Shown here piece by piece: positions 18,284-28,832 of a DNA stretch of 64,000 bases. The notes below the pieces were generated by a model that was not told where the DNA came from, made no database searches, and saw only the letters and a list, made by a program, of their open reading frames with translations. Each line of letters starts with the position of its first letter. The first letter of the stretch is position 1. A program made the translations under genes and the position numbers. The stretch lies in the sequence record NC_023557.1, one strand, 5' to 3'.

Positions 18284-19258
18284 ATGGCTCAGCAGATCAG
18301 CGTGAACGACGTAGTTTATCCGTTCAACCCCCTTAATACCGTGGCCGGTGCCAAAGGCATTGTGGAGTCCCATACACTTACGCCAGCCAACGGTGTGAAC
18401 TATGTGACCTTCGTTCCACGCGCAGCCCCTTTCTTTCGCCGCACCTTAGTCCTCAAGAACAAAGCCAACAATCAGGTGTTAGTCGAAGGTCAGCATTATA
18501 CCCTGGCGTATTTCTTTTCCCCATTCACCCAGCTGGTCTATAAAGGTGTCTACGGTGGCATTACAGTTAATGAACTGGATGCACCGATTGAAGTCGAAGT
18601 GACCTACGATACCATCGGCGGTGACTTTGTTCTGGACAGCACTGGCTATGCACAGTTGGCAGCTAACCTCGTAAACAACCCGCGCGAACTGGACTGGACA
18701 CAGATCGCCGATACCCCAGATACGTACCCACCGATCGACCACACCCATCCGGCCGACCAAACGCTGAACTACATGGATTACGTTGAGCAACTGCAGGCCA
18801 TGCAGGCACTGGTCGCCAGCGCCATCAGCGGGTATGTGCTATCCCTCAACACCCACATCGACACCCAAGGTAATGCCCATGGCATGAAGCCGATTGATAT
18901 CGGACTGGGTAATGTGATGAACTGGGCACCGGCTACGACCGAAGATATCCCAGGGGGCGGGACAACGCTGTATGCTTCACTGGCGATTGTGAAACAAGCC
19001 TTCCAGTACATGTACGGTGGCTTAACCACCCCGGCGTTGAAGAGTGCGATTCTCAATGACTACCTGTCAGCAGAATCTGTAGTCCGTACCTTAACGGTGC
19101 TGAATGAAGGCGCATTACTGAACACCGATGAAGTGGCGAACTTTGGTTTGTGGAAAACCTATCGGGCACAGATGTTGATCAAAGCATCAACCGGCAATAC
19201 CACCGTGCTCACTCCGCCAGCGGTAAATGGAGCGTTCTCACGACTGTTAGGAGTCTAA
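18284..19258 (+). CDS. Tail-fibre-associated protein, paralogue A
   Basis: W..I...P..YPP..H.H and H.D...NAH...IGLGNV.N motifs shared with the next three genes. Confidence 0.65.
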   Translation: MAQQISVNDVVYPFNPLNTVAGAKGIVESHTLTPANGVNYVTFVPRAAPFFRRTLVLKNKANNQVLVEGQHYTLAYFFSPFTQLVYKGVYGGITVNELDAPIEVEVTYDTIGGDFVLDSTGYAQLAANLVNNPRELDWTQIADTPDTYPPIDHTHPADQTLNYMDYVEQLQAMQALVASAISGYVLSLNTHIDTQGNAHGMKPIDIGLGNVMNWAPATTEDIPGGGTTLYASLAIVKQAFQYMYGGLTTPALKSAILNDYLSAESVVRTLTVLNEGALLNTDEVANFGLWKTYRAQMLIKASTGNTTVLTPPAVNGAFSRLLGV

Positions 19259-19259
19259 C

Positions 19260-20522
19260 ATGAGCAGTACTTTATTTCCTGATGTACGTCGGTTGGAGTT
19301 TGACCGCTCAGGCGTTAGCGCTGACAATCACATCACGGACGATTACATTGATCTGCCTGTAGCGGGATCAAACCGGGCGATCGTGTTAAAGCATGGGGCG
19401 TTCTATACCGACTCATTGATATTGAAAGATGACAGCGGCAATATCCTGGAGAAATGGGTGGATTACCAACCTGTCTATCCTTATAACCGCCCTGAGCTCA
19501 ATATCACTGAGATGACCGGCAAGGACAACGCCGCGTTTATCATGATCCTCAATGCCAGTCTGACCGGACGGGTGATCGCTGATTATCAGGCAGTGGGAAT
19601 TCCAAGCGGGATTGCTAACCGGGACTTGATCGACATCCTGGATGCCATTGCCAAAGATGCCCGTAAGTATTACTGGGATGATATCTTTGATAAGCCCGAT
19701 AAGTTCCCACCGTCACCACACCCATTGGATATCAAAGACACCTATAACTGGGCACCCATGACAGAAGCCATGGCGCGGTTCGTGGATTGTTTGAAACACC
19801 TTGATCGCCTGCCAACCATTCAGGATTACATCGATCAGATCGATACGGTGTATAAGGACACGTTACCAAAACTCAATGCAGTTTATAGTGCGTTCCTCAC
19901 CCACCGTCGGAACTACAGTAACCCGCATCTTGATGTGAAGACCACAGTAGTTAATCTGAACAATGTGGATGATTTTGATATGGCGACCTTGGCAGAGGTC
20001 ATTGCCGGCACATCCAGTGTTAAGTTCATGTCACCGTACACCGGCTCGCAAGCGGCTTACAATACCCTGCTGAAGAATGACACCTCGTTAGTGCACGTTA
20101 ACCGTGTGCCGATGGTGCAGTTCGGGGACCTGAGCACCACTGCGATTCCGTATACGCTCGCAGGTTTCGTACTGACCATCACGGCGGACGTTCCGGCTAT
20201 GTTGGCGTCACGGGAGTTCACCCTGAAGAAAGGGGCGATCGACCTGACGAAGTTTGTCAGTGCACCGGCGAACAAGACCCTCTTCCTCTATGTGCGTATC
20301 CGTAATGGACAAGCGAGCTATGAGGTCGCGAGTGCGGCATCGCCTGAGACCACAACGTATATCAACGTAGGACGCATTGTAACCGGTGCATCTGCTATCA
20401 CGTCTGTTACGATCAATAAGATCTCCGGACTCGGTACCGTGCGTGTCAGTGAGGCTCAGATTGGTTCTGCGATTGCAGTGACATCTGGTCTGCCATCCCA
20501 ATCGGCGAATTTGAACTGGTAA
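19260..20522 (+). CDS. Tail-fibre-associated protein, paralogue B
   Basis: WDDIFDKPDKFPPSPH, HRRNYSNPH and a C-terminal IDL...PANKT...IGSAIAVTSGLP...W domain. Confidence 0.65.
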   Translation: MSSTLFPDVRRLEFDRSGVSADNHITDDYIDLPVAGSNRAIVLKHGAFYTDSLILKDDSGNILEKWVDYQPVYPYNRPELNITEMTGKDNAAFIMILNASLTGRVIADYQAVGIPSGIANRDLIDILDAIAKDARKYYWDDIFDKPDKFPPSPHPLDIKDTYNWAPMTEAMARFVDCLKHLDRLPTIQDYIDQIDTVYKDTLPKLNAVYSAFLTHRRNYSNPHLDVKTTVVNLNNVDDFDMATLAEVIAGTSSVKFMSPYTGSQAAYNTLLKNDTSLVHVNRVPMVQFGDLSTTAIPYTLAGFVLTITADVPAMLASREFTLKKGAIDLTKFVSAPANKTLFLYVRIRNGQASYEVASAASPETTTYINVGRIVTGASAITSVTINKISGLGTVRVSEAQIGSAIAVTSGLPSQSANLNW

Positions 20523-20556
20523 GGGTGAGTGGGTGATCCCCTCACCCACTTCCCTA
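20523..20556 (+). terminator. Hairpin GGGTGAG...CTCACCC
   Basis: Inverted repeat immediately after the stop at 20522. Confidence 0.45.
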
Positions 20557-20575
20557 TGACCCAGGAGAGGTTTCG

Positions 20576-23500
20576 ATGAACACCCCGATTTTAACGAAGT
20601 ATAAATTTGACCCCACGGGGAAAGATCCCGAGAACCTGATTGGCGGCGAACGCCACACTGTTGCGGCGGGCCCAAAGAACAAAATCATCGCCGTGTTTGA
20701 AGGTCCCTTTTTCTCAGCCAGTGCCAAAGTGCGCTTGCTTGACGGCAGTTACCTGGAACCCTGGGTAGACTTCCAACCCGTGCACCATTTCCCTGAAGCC
20801 TCCAAACGCACCGGGAAGTCCTGTACATGCTTTATCAAGATCCTCAATGAATCGGTCAATGGGGATGTCTTTATTGAATACCAGGTGGTGGGGGGTGAGT
20901 TCACCTTCAACAGCATCACGCTTGAGAACCTGTTGTGGGCGATCATTAATGATGAGCGTTCGGTCCTGTGGGATAACATCAACAACCGTCCCGCTACTTA
21001 CCCGCCGTCGTATCATACCCATGACATCTTCAATGACACGTATGGCTGGGATGATCGCATCGCGTTCAGTAACTGGATCTCGGATTATCTGATCCTTGGC
21101 GGCGAGCGCTTGAACTACGAAGGTTTTACCAACAAGGTCAATGTGGTGCTGGATGAGATCACCACCATTCAGGCGAACATCTTAGCCCAAGTTGCCGAGC
21201 ATGAAGCGGATCACACCAACCCGCATGCCGATACGGCAAAAGCCTTGGGTTACAACAAACTGCAGAACCTGGCCACTGCGAACGAAGTGCAGGCACTGGA
21301 AGGTCAGCGTACCGATCTGCGTCTTACCGTGAAGACGGCTGAGAGCATTCTGGCGGATGCAGTAAAAGGCTATTCGGTCAACCTGATTCATCAGGGGATT
21401 ATTCCGGTCAGTCGCTTTGGTAACCTGAACTTCTTACAGCCAGGGATCATCGGGTCGTTTGAAGGGGCGTCAATGGTTGATGCGCATGACCATTATGCCC
21501 AGGTGGTTGAGAATGACGGCACCTATATCCGTCTTCGTCCCGGGACCAACGGCGAATCCATTGCGCTGTATTACGACTACGCTACCAACATCCACCGTAA
21601 TATCAACACCTTTACGATCACCAACACCAACAACAAATATGCACCCGCCGGGTTAGACCAAGCATATATTCCGGCCCGTCTGTTTGATTGCCAAGGTGAT
21701 GTGATTGCAGGGATCATGTACAACAAGGCAGCGTTACCGGCAACCAGTGATTACAAATATTGGATTGCCTTGACGAACGGTACACTGGACAGCACCAAAC
21801 ATAACTGTGCGCAGATTGGTAATGCCTTCTTCACCATGGATGACGGCTCAACCCAAGGGTTCAGTCCATCATGGACCCAGTTGTGTATGGTAGGTTCGCG
21901 GATCTACGTGATTCATCAGAACCCTAACGTGGCCACTACCATGGAAGTCGGCGGCGCAATCAGTGGTAACGCCATCCCGCAGATCTATCTCGGGTACATC
22001 AACGTTGCGGATATTGTCGCCGGTGGATCAGTCACGTTTACGCAGATCACAGGCTGGACTACCACGTTCCTCGGTCAAGCCCGTGCTGCTGCCCGCAGCA
22101 TGCAGATCTGTGATCAGGTAATTGGTCGCTCTAACCAACATGTACTGGTGCGCTATGACGGGAATCAATACGTCAGAGCTCAGTATCGCTCATGGCCAGG
22201 TGGCTACGGTAAGATGGTGGCGAACAGTGACGGTACGTTAACGATGTTAGTGGACTTCACCATTAACGTTGATGGTCGTAACAACTCCAATATTTCAGTG
22301 TATCCGATTCGCTTTATTATTGATGTTAACGCCAAGACCGCCAGACCTGCTGACACCATGAACCCGTTTACCGTGGTAGATGACACCGCCAGCACATTGA
22401 AGATGACGGTGGTGACCAATGGTTCTAACCTCAACTACTTTAAACTGCGCGGCGTCAACGATGGTACTGCGGCACTGAGTGGCGATTACCATGGCAGTCG
22501 ATTGATCACCAAGAAAGGGTTCTCAATTTGTACTAGTCGGCAACAAGCATCCAACGTGGGCATGCGCATTGATATCCAACAGATCCCTAACTTTGTTGAT
22601 ATCGATACGTATTGGCGGAATCCCGCCGCCTACACCAACCTCCTGTTCCGGACCATTGGTGATGGTACGTCCTACGGGTCAGAAGCGAAAGGTAACTTGC
22701 GTTGCCCGATCCTCTTCCCGAATAACCGTCTGGGCTTCTGGGCATTTGATGGCACGAACACCTTCTTTGCTTCACAGCCGTTAGTGGGTAATGGTGATTT
22801 CGTTTATAAGCTGATTGGGCTTGGTACAGTTTCGGGTTTCCAGCCTTCGAATGATCGCGTTAGAGCGACCGTTGCTCGTCCTGAGCGAGAGATCATCACG
22901 GAGATCAATGGCAGCTCGGTGGTTACCCACTGTCGTGCAATATCTGATGATGCACCGACCGGTGCGGCAAATATCGATCCATCCCTGAACACCTCGGGTT
23001 CCATCAGTACCGATGTGAACTACTTACGTGCCCAGGGTCAGCGCGTACTCAATCAACTGGGTATCACGGCAGCTAAGTTTCGTTGTATTCTGTTCGTCCC
23101 AACGGATGGCGGAATGTCATTGATGCTTAAGATCGTGGGCTTCACTCCGGCACAGGCTAATGGTATCACTGACATGATCACGGTGATCGCTACCGTGACC
23201 TACAATGGTGCACGTGACGGCGTACTGGCTGGCTGGACCGCTAACCTCGATGACATCGTCAGTAAACCACAATCAGTTGGCACCACTGATATCTCCCGTA
23301 TCCTAACCACCTTCGGGCTGCTGACATACAAGGTGGGTGGCGAATACATCATTGCGATGGGTGGGTTCTATTGTCCGTACACGGTTGGGCCGGCGAACAA
23401 CCTGCCGTTGGTGTACATGAAAATGACCAATGGTCGTCTTTCAGGCAACCCGTCGAATATGTACCTTGTCTCACCGTATGTTGACTTGTTATCAAACACA

Positions 23501-24067
23501 CCGTTTGCCCTTCCAGGTAAGGGGTTGTTTGTTACATATTCAGATAACAACTATACCGTACCGGTGACCCCGAGTGCACAGTCAGCGGTAGGGCCGTGTG
23601 CGATCGTGTTAGCGGCGCAGGGTGAGAACTTTGATACGATTCGTCAGTGGACTATTCCGGGTAACGGCACTTCGGTACTGATCTCACAAACGGTAGAACA
23701 AGGCTGGATCTTGTACTTTGCTGAAGAGATCCCGGTGATTCTGAATGGGCGGGAATACACCTTACCGATCACCAGTATCGATCTGCGTAATGTGAAAGCT
23801 AACCCGGCGAGCACCACCTTCTTTGTCTACATTGAAGCTGTGGATGCAACCACCGCGAAGTACACCATCTCAGCCACGGAGTTGGCGGCAGCAACCACAC
23901 GGATGTTCATTGGTACGGTAGCAACCAATACGTCACAGATCAACACGATCAACGTGACCAAGCGATCGGGTCTGAATAAGTACCAGATCTCTGCGGTGAA
24001 AGCCGGATCGTCTATTCCGGTGTCAACCGGGTTACCGTTCCAACGCGGTAACTGGAGTCAGGAATAA
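20576..24067 (+). CDS. Long tail fibre protein
   Basis: 1163 aa, Thr/Gly/Asn-rich beta-structure composition; shares N- and C-terminal domains with its paralogues. Confidence 0.75.
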   Translation: MNTPILTKYKFDPTGKDPENLIGGERHTVAAGPKNKIIAVFEGPFFSASAKVRLLDGSYLEPWVDFQPVHHFPEASKRTGKSCTCFIKILNESVNGDVFIEYQVVGGEFTFNSITLENLLWAIINDERSVLWDNINNRPATYPPSYHTHDIFNDTYGWDDRIAFSNWISDYLILGGERLNYEGFTNKVNVVLDEITTIQANILAQVAEHEADHTNPHADTAKALGYNKLQNLATANEVQALEGQRTDLRLTVKTAESILADAVKGYSVNLIHQGIIPVSRFGNLNFLQPGIIGSFEGASMVDAHDHYAQVVENDGTYIRLRPGTNGESIALYYDYATNIHRNINTFTITNTNNKYAPAGLDQAYIPARLFDCQGDVIAGIMYNKAALPATSDYKYWIALTNGTLDSTKHNCAQIGNAFFTMDDGSTQGFSPSWTQLCMVGSRIYVIHQNPNVATTMEVGGAISGNAIPQIYLGYINVADIVAGGSVTFTQITGWTTTFLGQARAAARSMQICDQVIGRSNQHVLVRYDGNQYVRAQYRSWPGGYGKMVANSDGTLTMLVDFTINVDGRNNSNISVYPIRFIIDVNAKTARPADTMNPFTVVDDTASTLKMTVVTNGSNLNYFKLRGVNDGTAALSGDYHGSRLITKKGFSICTSRQQASNVGMRIDIQQIPNFVDIDTYWRNPAAYTNLLFRTIGDGTSYGSEAKGNLRCPILFPNNRLGFWAFDGTNTFFASQPLVGNGDFVYKLIGLGTVSGFQPSNDRVRATVARPEREIITEINGSSVVTHCRAISDDAPTGAANIDPSLNTSGSISTDVNYLRAQGQRVLNQLGITAAKFRCILFVPTDGGMSLMLKIVGFTPAQANGITDMITVIATVTYNGARDGVLAGWTANLDDIVSKPQSVGTTDISRILTTFGLLTYKVGGEYIIAMGGFYCPYTVGPANNLPLVYMKMTNGRLSGNPSNMYLVSPYVDLLSNTPFALPGKGLFVTYSDNNYTVPVTPSAQSAVGPCAIVLAAQGENFDTIRQWTIPGNGTSVLISQTVEQGWILYFAEEIPVILNGREYTLPITSIDLRNVKANPASTTFFVYIEAVDATTAKYTISATELAAATTRMFIGTVATNTSQINTINVTKRSGLNKYQISAVKAGSSIPVSTGLPFQRGNWSQE

Positions 24068-24073
24068 CCAGCA

Positions 24074-24098
24074 CGGGGGAGGTGACTCCCCCTTTCTT
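24074..24098 (+). terminator. Intrinsic terminator GGGGGAG-GTGA-CTCCCCC-TTTCTTT
   Basis: 7-bp GC stem plus U-rich tail. Confidence 0.6.
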
Positions 24099-24100
24099 TA

Positions 24101-27100
24101 TTGAAAGGAGTTGCCATGAGCAGCAACCTTGTGGTCGAGCCAGGCAGTTGGGGTGAGTTCTATGCCTCGATTGAAGCTTTGACCTGGAAGTTACAAAACT
24201 CACGTTATTCTCAGTATGATCTGGCTTCCACGGTGATGGTCAACTTTGAAAACGATGTTGATGATCTGGTAACCAGTGCACAGACCCTTTTGGCCAGCCA
24301 CCAGGCACGTCGGGATAATGTCCATCAGGTGAACGCCGAACAGTTAGGGTTTGGGTTAGTCGATAACTTTAAAACTGCAACCGTGGCACAGGCTGGTGAA
24401 GGCGGACACCCCGATCTCTTTGTTACGCCACAAGGCTTTAATGCCCTGGCGAGTAAAGTGTTTGCAGATTTCGGTTCATCACTCCATCATCAAGGGATCA
24501 ACCCAATCTCGTCGTTTGGTTCACTGTCTTTCCTCCCCCCTGACGTCTCCGGTTCTTTTGAAGGTTCAGGGCAGCGCAGTGGTAACAGCGGTGGCCCTAT
24601 GATCATCGAAGATGACGGCACCTTAGTCGGTTTACGTTACGGTACGACCGGCACTACAGAAGGGTTGTACTACTTCTATTTGCCAACTGCCGAAGACCGT
24701 ATTGATAGTGCGGGTCCAATTCGTACCAACTTCAAATATCGTCCAGCCAACTTACCGGCAGGGAGTTACTGCACTGACATCAATAACAGCGATCCGAGTG
24801 TGCTCTTCGGTACCATTAAAGGCTCAGCGACCTATGATCGGTTCATCTCGGTGACCAACGGTACCTTTGACGTTTCTAAGCATTATACTGGTTACTTCAA
24901 GTTGAGCGGAATGGATGATGCGTCGAAGATGGGTGTTATGTCGACGGCCATTCTGGTAGGAAACTATGTGTACATCATCGGTATGGAGGACAATGGTTGG
25001 GGTTCTAACGCCACCGACCAACCTTCCCTGATTATCGATACTGCATTGTTGATGGCGGTCTGGCGTATTCCGTTAGCGCAGATCGTGGCAGGTGGGGCGG
25101 TAACGCCTGAGAAGATCACCGGTTGGTCAACCAAGGATGTCTACGGCCAAACCATCAACAACAACGATATCGCGATTGCACGTCGAATCATGAACGCCGA
25201 TGCCAGCACCCTGCCCTACGTTCAGGTGGCGACCACCGGTGCACAATCTATCACGGTGATGAATAACCAACGTCGTATGCATGTCGCGGTAAACCCCAAC
25301 AACCCCCAACAACTGCGGGTGGTGTTTGTCCATACGGTATTTGTCGCTGGTAAACAAACCGGGTCAGTCCACACACCGATTGCGGTTAATACACTGGTGA
25401 ACCTCGACAGCAAAACGGCAGTGGTCGAAGATGCTCCGGGTGCCATTGTGGTTAGTGGTGCAACAACCAGTCCAAAAGTAACCGGTGGGAGTGTGGTGCC
25501 TAGCACGGCATCCACAGGCGCGCAGTATGAAGGTAACATTTGGCCTAACACACTGGTGACGGATCGGGGCTATCTTCTCACGCGGGCGTCGGGCAACCAA
25601 GCGGATGAGAATGCCCAATATGTTAAATCCCTGATCATGAACTTTACTAATCGGTTCGATGCGATGGTATTTAAAAGGCGACAGACCCGCCAGATCACTT
25701 TTGTCTATGATCCCTTGGTAACCGGTACACCGATAACCAATGGGTTCATGAAACCACAGTTTCTGGCAGGTAATGGGTTATTGTTGACGTCGAACGGTTA
25801 TAAGTCACGTAACTACTTCAATTATGGTACCACCAAACGGGTGTTGCTGACCGGCAGTCCGACATTCAACTATACCTTAACCAGCGGAGGCGTGGTTCAG
25901 GGCTGGGCGCCGAATAGCTCCCGTTATGAGCTTCCTGATCAGAACACCCCCGCCCGTTCGCAGTTTTACCATATCGTCACCCAAGTTGACAGTGCCGGTA
26001 ATGTAAGCTCAAGCCCATCGGTGTTAAGTGAGGCCGGTACGTCGTTTGGTACCAGTATCGATGCCAATCTGAAGATCACCGGAAGTATTACCTTTAGCCA
26101 GAGCGAGCTTAACACTGTAGCGAAAGCGGCGTGTCAAACGGCGTTGGGTGCGGTACCGAGTAGTTTTAAAGGGATGATTTATGTCCCTCAAGATACCAAT
26201 GTACCCTTGATCATGGTGACCTGTGGTGAAGTGCTGCGTAGTGACGGTAACGGTTATCGTGTAGCCATCTCTTTGGTTGAGCTTAACTACACCGGTGCTC
26301 GTAGCGGTAACATCACGGGTTACTCTGTCAAGCGTGTGGTAAATACCCGTGTTGAACCACAGCAACCGCAAGGTTGTCTGATCGAGCTGGCGGCACATGG
26401 CGGACTTAATATTTACAAGACTGCTGCAGGTGATTATCTGTTAGGTATCGGTTCACCTACTTCGCACTCGTCATATGGTGGTCAGTATGGGTATGTCTGG
26501 TATGCGGCGATCAAAGCTGGCGCAGGTACTATTGAAGATGCAACGGTCAAGTTGTTCTATCATGGTTACTACCCAGCGGCCAGTAACCCAACACCGGTGG
26601 CTGTACCAGGTTTTGGCTTGTGTGTGATGGACTCCGCTACACAGATCGCTAACGCCACAGCAATCATGGTAGTGGATGTCATGGCAGCAACCTATGATGA
26701 ATTTGTTACCTGGACGTCCAAGCGTAAGCTGGTCTTAACCGCGCAACAGGTAGAGCAAGGATATCTCGTTTACTTCACGGCCCCCACTCAGGTGTTCATG
26801 GCTGGTAACGAATACACCCTGCCTGCGGGTAACATTGACCTGCGTACCATCACTGCCAATCCTGCCAGTAAGACGTTCTATGTTTACGTGCAGTTAGTCG
26901 ACGAGCAGGTACAATACCTGATCACCCTCGATCAGCTCGCCCCAACCATAACGTTGATGTACATTGGCAAGATTACCACCAACACCACGCAAATCAGTAG
27001 CATTGCTGTTGATAAACGTATCCGCATCGAAACCTTCGAATTGTCAGCTACCCACATCGGGTCGGGTATTCCGATCACGACAGGCGTGCCGTCAACCGCG

Positions 27101-27568
27101 GGTAACTTTGCATGGCGTAATGGTTACTTGAAACTGATGAGCTTTGCAATGCAGCTGGACTATAGTGGTATTGTGACAGTGAATCTGAGAACGGGTGCGG
27201 TAACCATTGAAATGAGTGTCTCTGGTACACCACCAGATTCTGTGAGCAGAACAAGAACACAGACTGTCTGGTCTACTGGTGAGACCTGGGTACCTGGTCT
27301 GGTGACGGTGGGGACCGAAGCATCAGGGGCAAGCGATGCATTCAATACGTACGCGAGTACATCGAAAACCTTCCCAGCTCTGGCGAGGTCAGATATCGCA
27401 AACAGTACTGGGCTTGCAGTTATGATGGGTAACGAAAGTAACCCAACTAACAAAGGCGTCTTTACTCAGCAGCCAAGTGCAGCCAATGACTATACCCTTA
27501 AGTGGAAAGTCACTGATGCGCCGGGTGGCGCTGGCGAATACACCTTTGATCTGTATGTGAAATACTAA
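24101..27568 (+). CDS. Long tail fibre protein with extra C-terminal domain
   Basis: 1155 aa; paralogue of 20576 (GSFEG, EDDGT...LR.GT, ISVTNGTFD) with a 150-aa extension. Confidence 0.75.
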   Translation: MKGVAMSSNLVVEPGSWGEFYASIEALTWKLQNSRYSQYDLASTVMVNFENDVDDLVTSAQTLLASHQARRDNVHQVNAEQLGFGLVDNFKTATVAQAGEGGHPDLFVTPQGFNALASKVFADFGSSLHHQGINPISSFGSLSFLPPDVSGSFEGSGQRSGNSGGPMIIEDDGTLVGLRYGTTGTTEGLYYFYLPTAEDRIDSAGPIRTNFKYRPANLPAGSYCTDINNSDPSVLFGTIKGSATYDRFISVTNGTFDVSKHYTGYFKLSGMDDASKMGVMSTAILVGNYVYIIGMEDNGWGSNATDQPSLIIDTALLMAVWRIPLAQIVAGGAVTPEKITGWSTKDVYGQTINNNDIAIARRIMNADASTLPYVQVATTGAQSITVMNNQRRMHVAVNPNNPQQLRVVFVHTVFVAGKQTGSVHTPIAVNTLVNLDSKTAVVEDAPGAIVVSGATTSPKVTGGSVVPSTASTGAQYEGNIWPNTLVTDRGYLLTRASGNQADENAQYVKSLIMNFTNRFDAMVFKRRQTRQITFVYDPLVTGTPITNGFMKPQFLAGNGLLLTSNGYKSRNYFNYGTTKRVLLTGSPTFNYTLTSGGVVQGWAPNSSRYELPDQNTPARSQFYHIVTQVDSAGNVSSSPSVLSEAGTSFGTSIDANLKITGSITFSQSELNTVAKAACQTALGAVPSSFKGMIYVPQDTNVPLIMVTCGEVLRSDGNGYRVAISLVELNYTGARSGNITGYSVKRVVNTRVEPQQPQGCLIELAAHGGLNIYKTAAGDYLLGIGSPTSHSSYGGQYGYVWYAAIKAGAGTIEDATVKLFYHGYYPAASNPTPVAVPGFGLCVMDSATQIANATAIMVVDVMAATYDEFVTWTSKRKLVLTAQQVEQGYLVYFTAPTQVFMAGNEYTLPAGNIDLRTITANPASKTFYVYVQLVDEQVQYLITLDQLAPTITLMYIGKITTNTTQISSIAVDKRIRIETFELSATHIGSGIPITTGVPSTAGNFAWRNGYLKLMSFAMQLDYSGIVTVNLRTGAVTIEMSVSGTPPDSVSRTRTQTVWSTGETWVPGLVTVGTEASGASDAFNTYASTSKTFPALARSDIANSTGLAVMMGNESNPTNKGVFTQQPSAANDYTLKWKVTDAPGGAGEYTFDLYVKY

Positions 27569-27570
27569 AT

Positions 27571-27616
27571 CGGCATAGAGGGAGAGGTGTTAACCTCTCC
27601 CTCGTGCTTTATGCCG
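27571..27616. terminator. Bidirectional hairpin CGGCATA-GAGGGAGAGGT-GTTA-ACCTCTCCCTC-GTGC-TTTATGCCG
   Basis: 11-bp stem between convergent genes; motif on both strands. Confidence 0.8.
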
Positions 27617-27617
27617 A

Positions 27618-28556
27618 TTAAACAGGACCACCAGTTTCTGAACCGCCTTTCTGTACCCCACCGTGCAGGTGACCGGTTAGTGAGATACCGGCAGCGACAA
27701 CATCCGCTGGGGTGTTTAAACCGCCAGAGGTCTCAATGTGACCATTATGGTCGATGTCACCAATCATACTGATCCCACCTGGGGAGTTAATCGTGGTTTT
27801 ATTAGTAATAAGCTCGAAGGATTCATTAGCCGTGATCTTCATGGTTTTGCACAACATGGAAATCAGTTCTTGGGCAGTGAGATTGAAGTTCTCTTGCGCA
27901 ATGATTTCAATGTTCTTTTTGCTCATGGTGATCAGGCACTTGTCGGTATTGGTGATCTGCCATAACGCCTCAAGCGAGTTCAGCACCAGGTTGTTGTCCA
28001 GGTCATCCGCCAATGAGAAGATAGCTTCACCGTAATCCGCCTTAATGACATACTGGACTTGTTCGCCATTCATCTTCGAGTTGGACATCATGAAGTGTTT
28101 TTTATGAGAGGACCATTCAATGAAGTACCAGTCCCCTTCACCGATGTTCTTATCTTCAGTGGTAGCCGGCGACCCACTCAAGGCGATGATGATGGTCTCT
28201 AAACGTCGTAGGTCATCATCCAGACCCGTTTCCGTCCAGTAGTACTTGTCCTCGTCACCAATCTGCCAGATTACAACACGTTCACCTTTGACCACATCGG
28301 GTGCCGTGACACGGTTAGAACGGAACGGGAACCAGATTGCCGCGATAGTGGAGTCCGTTACCACTTTGTCTTGGGTGCTGTCGCCCGACGAGGTCTTGCC
28401 GTTATGGGTGATGACCTGTGGGTTCACTTCAGCTTCACCCGACATCATCGGTGCGGTTTCACGGGGAATAACTTGAATCTCTTTGCTGTTGGTGCTCTTG
28501 ACTGCAGCCACCACACCCATAGAGTAAAATTTAAGAACCGATACGTTACTGGCCAT
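27618..28556 (-). CDS. Baseplate central spike (gpV/gp5-like; phiKZ gp164-like)
   Basis: OB-like N-terminus, beta-helix-like repeats and C-terminal GISLTGHLHGGVQKGGSETGGP (HxH metal-binding apex). Confidence 0.75.
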   Translation of the reverse strand: MASNVSVLKFYSMGVVAAVKSTNSKEIQVIPRETAPMMSGEAEVNPQVITHNGKTSSGDSTQDKVVTDSTIAAIWFPFRSNRVTAPDVVKGERVVIWQIGDEDKYYWTETGLDDDLRRLETIIIALSGSPATTEDKNIGEGDWYFIEWSSHKKHFMMSNSKMNGEQVQYVIKADYGEAIFSLADDLDNNLVLNSLEALWQITNTDKCLITMSKKNIEIIAQENFNLTAQELISMLCKTMKITANESFELITNKTTINSPGGISMIGDIDHNGHIETSGGLNTPADVVAAGISLTGHLHGGVQKGGSETGGPV

Positions 28557-28629
28557 AGCTAACCCTAATGTTATTTTTTACGTAACCCGACCATTCTATA
28601 AACCAGATCGAATTAATAGGAATCGATAA

Positions 28630-28821
28630 ATGAACCAAGTCTTCTTTATTGAGGCAGCGCCTCAGCGTTTACCGCAGTGGCTCAACCAAGCGATTCTTGA
28701 CGGCCGTGTTCTTGTGCGCGGTGACTCCGTAGTAGACTACCCGTTTTACGTGGTCGACGGACAGGTCGCAACAGTCGGCCAAAGCCTGGTCTTTGACGGG
28801 CAAACTATCACCATTAACTAG
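28630..28821 (+). CDS. Small hypothetical protein
   Basis: 63-aa ORF directly upstream of sbcC. Confidence 0.5.
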   Translation: MNQVFFIEAAPQRLPQWLNQAILDGRVLVRGDSVVDYPFYVVDGQVATVGQSLVFDGQTITIN

Positions 28822-28832
28822 CGGCGCACATC

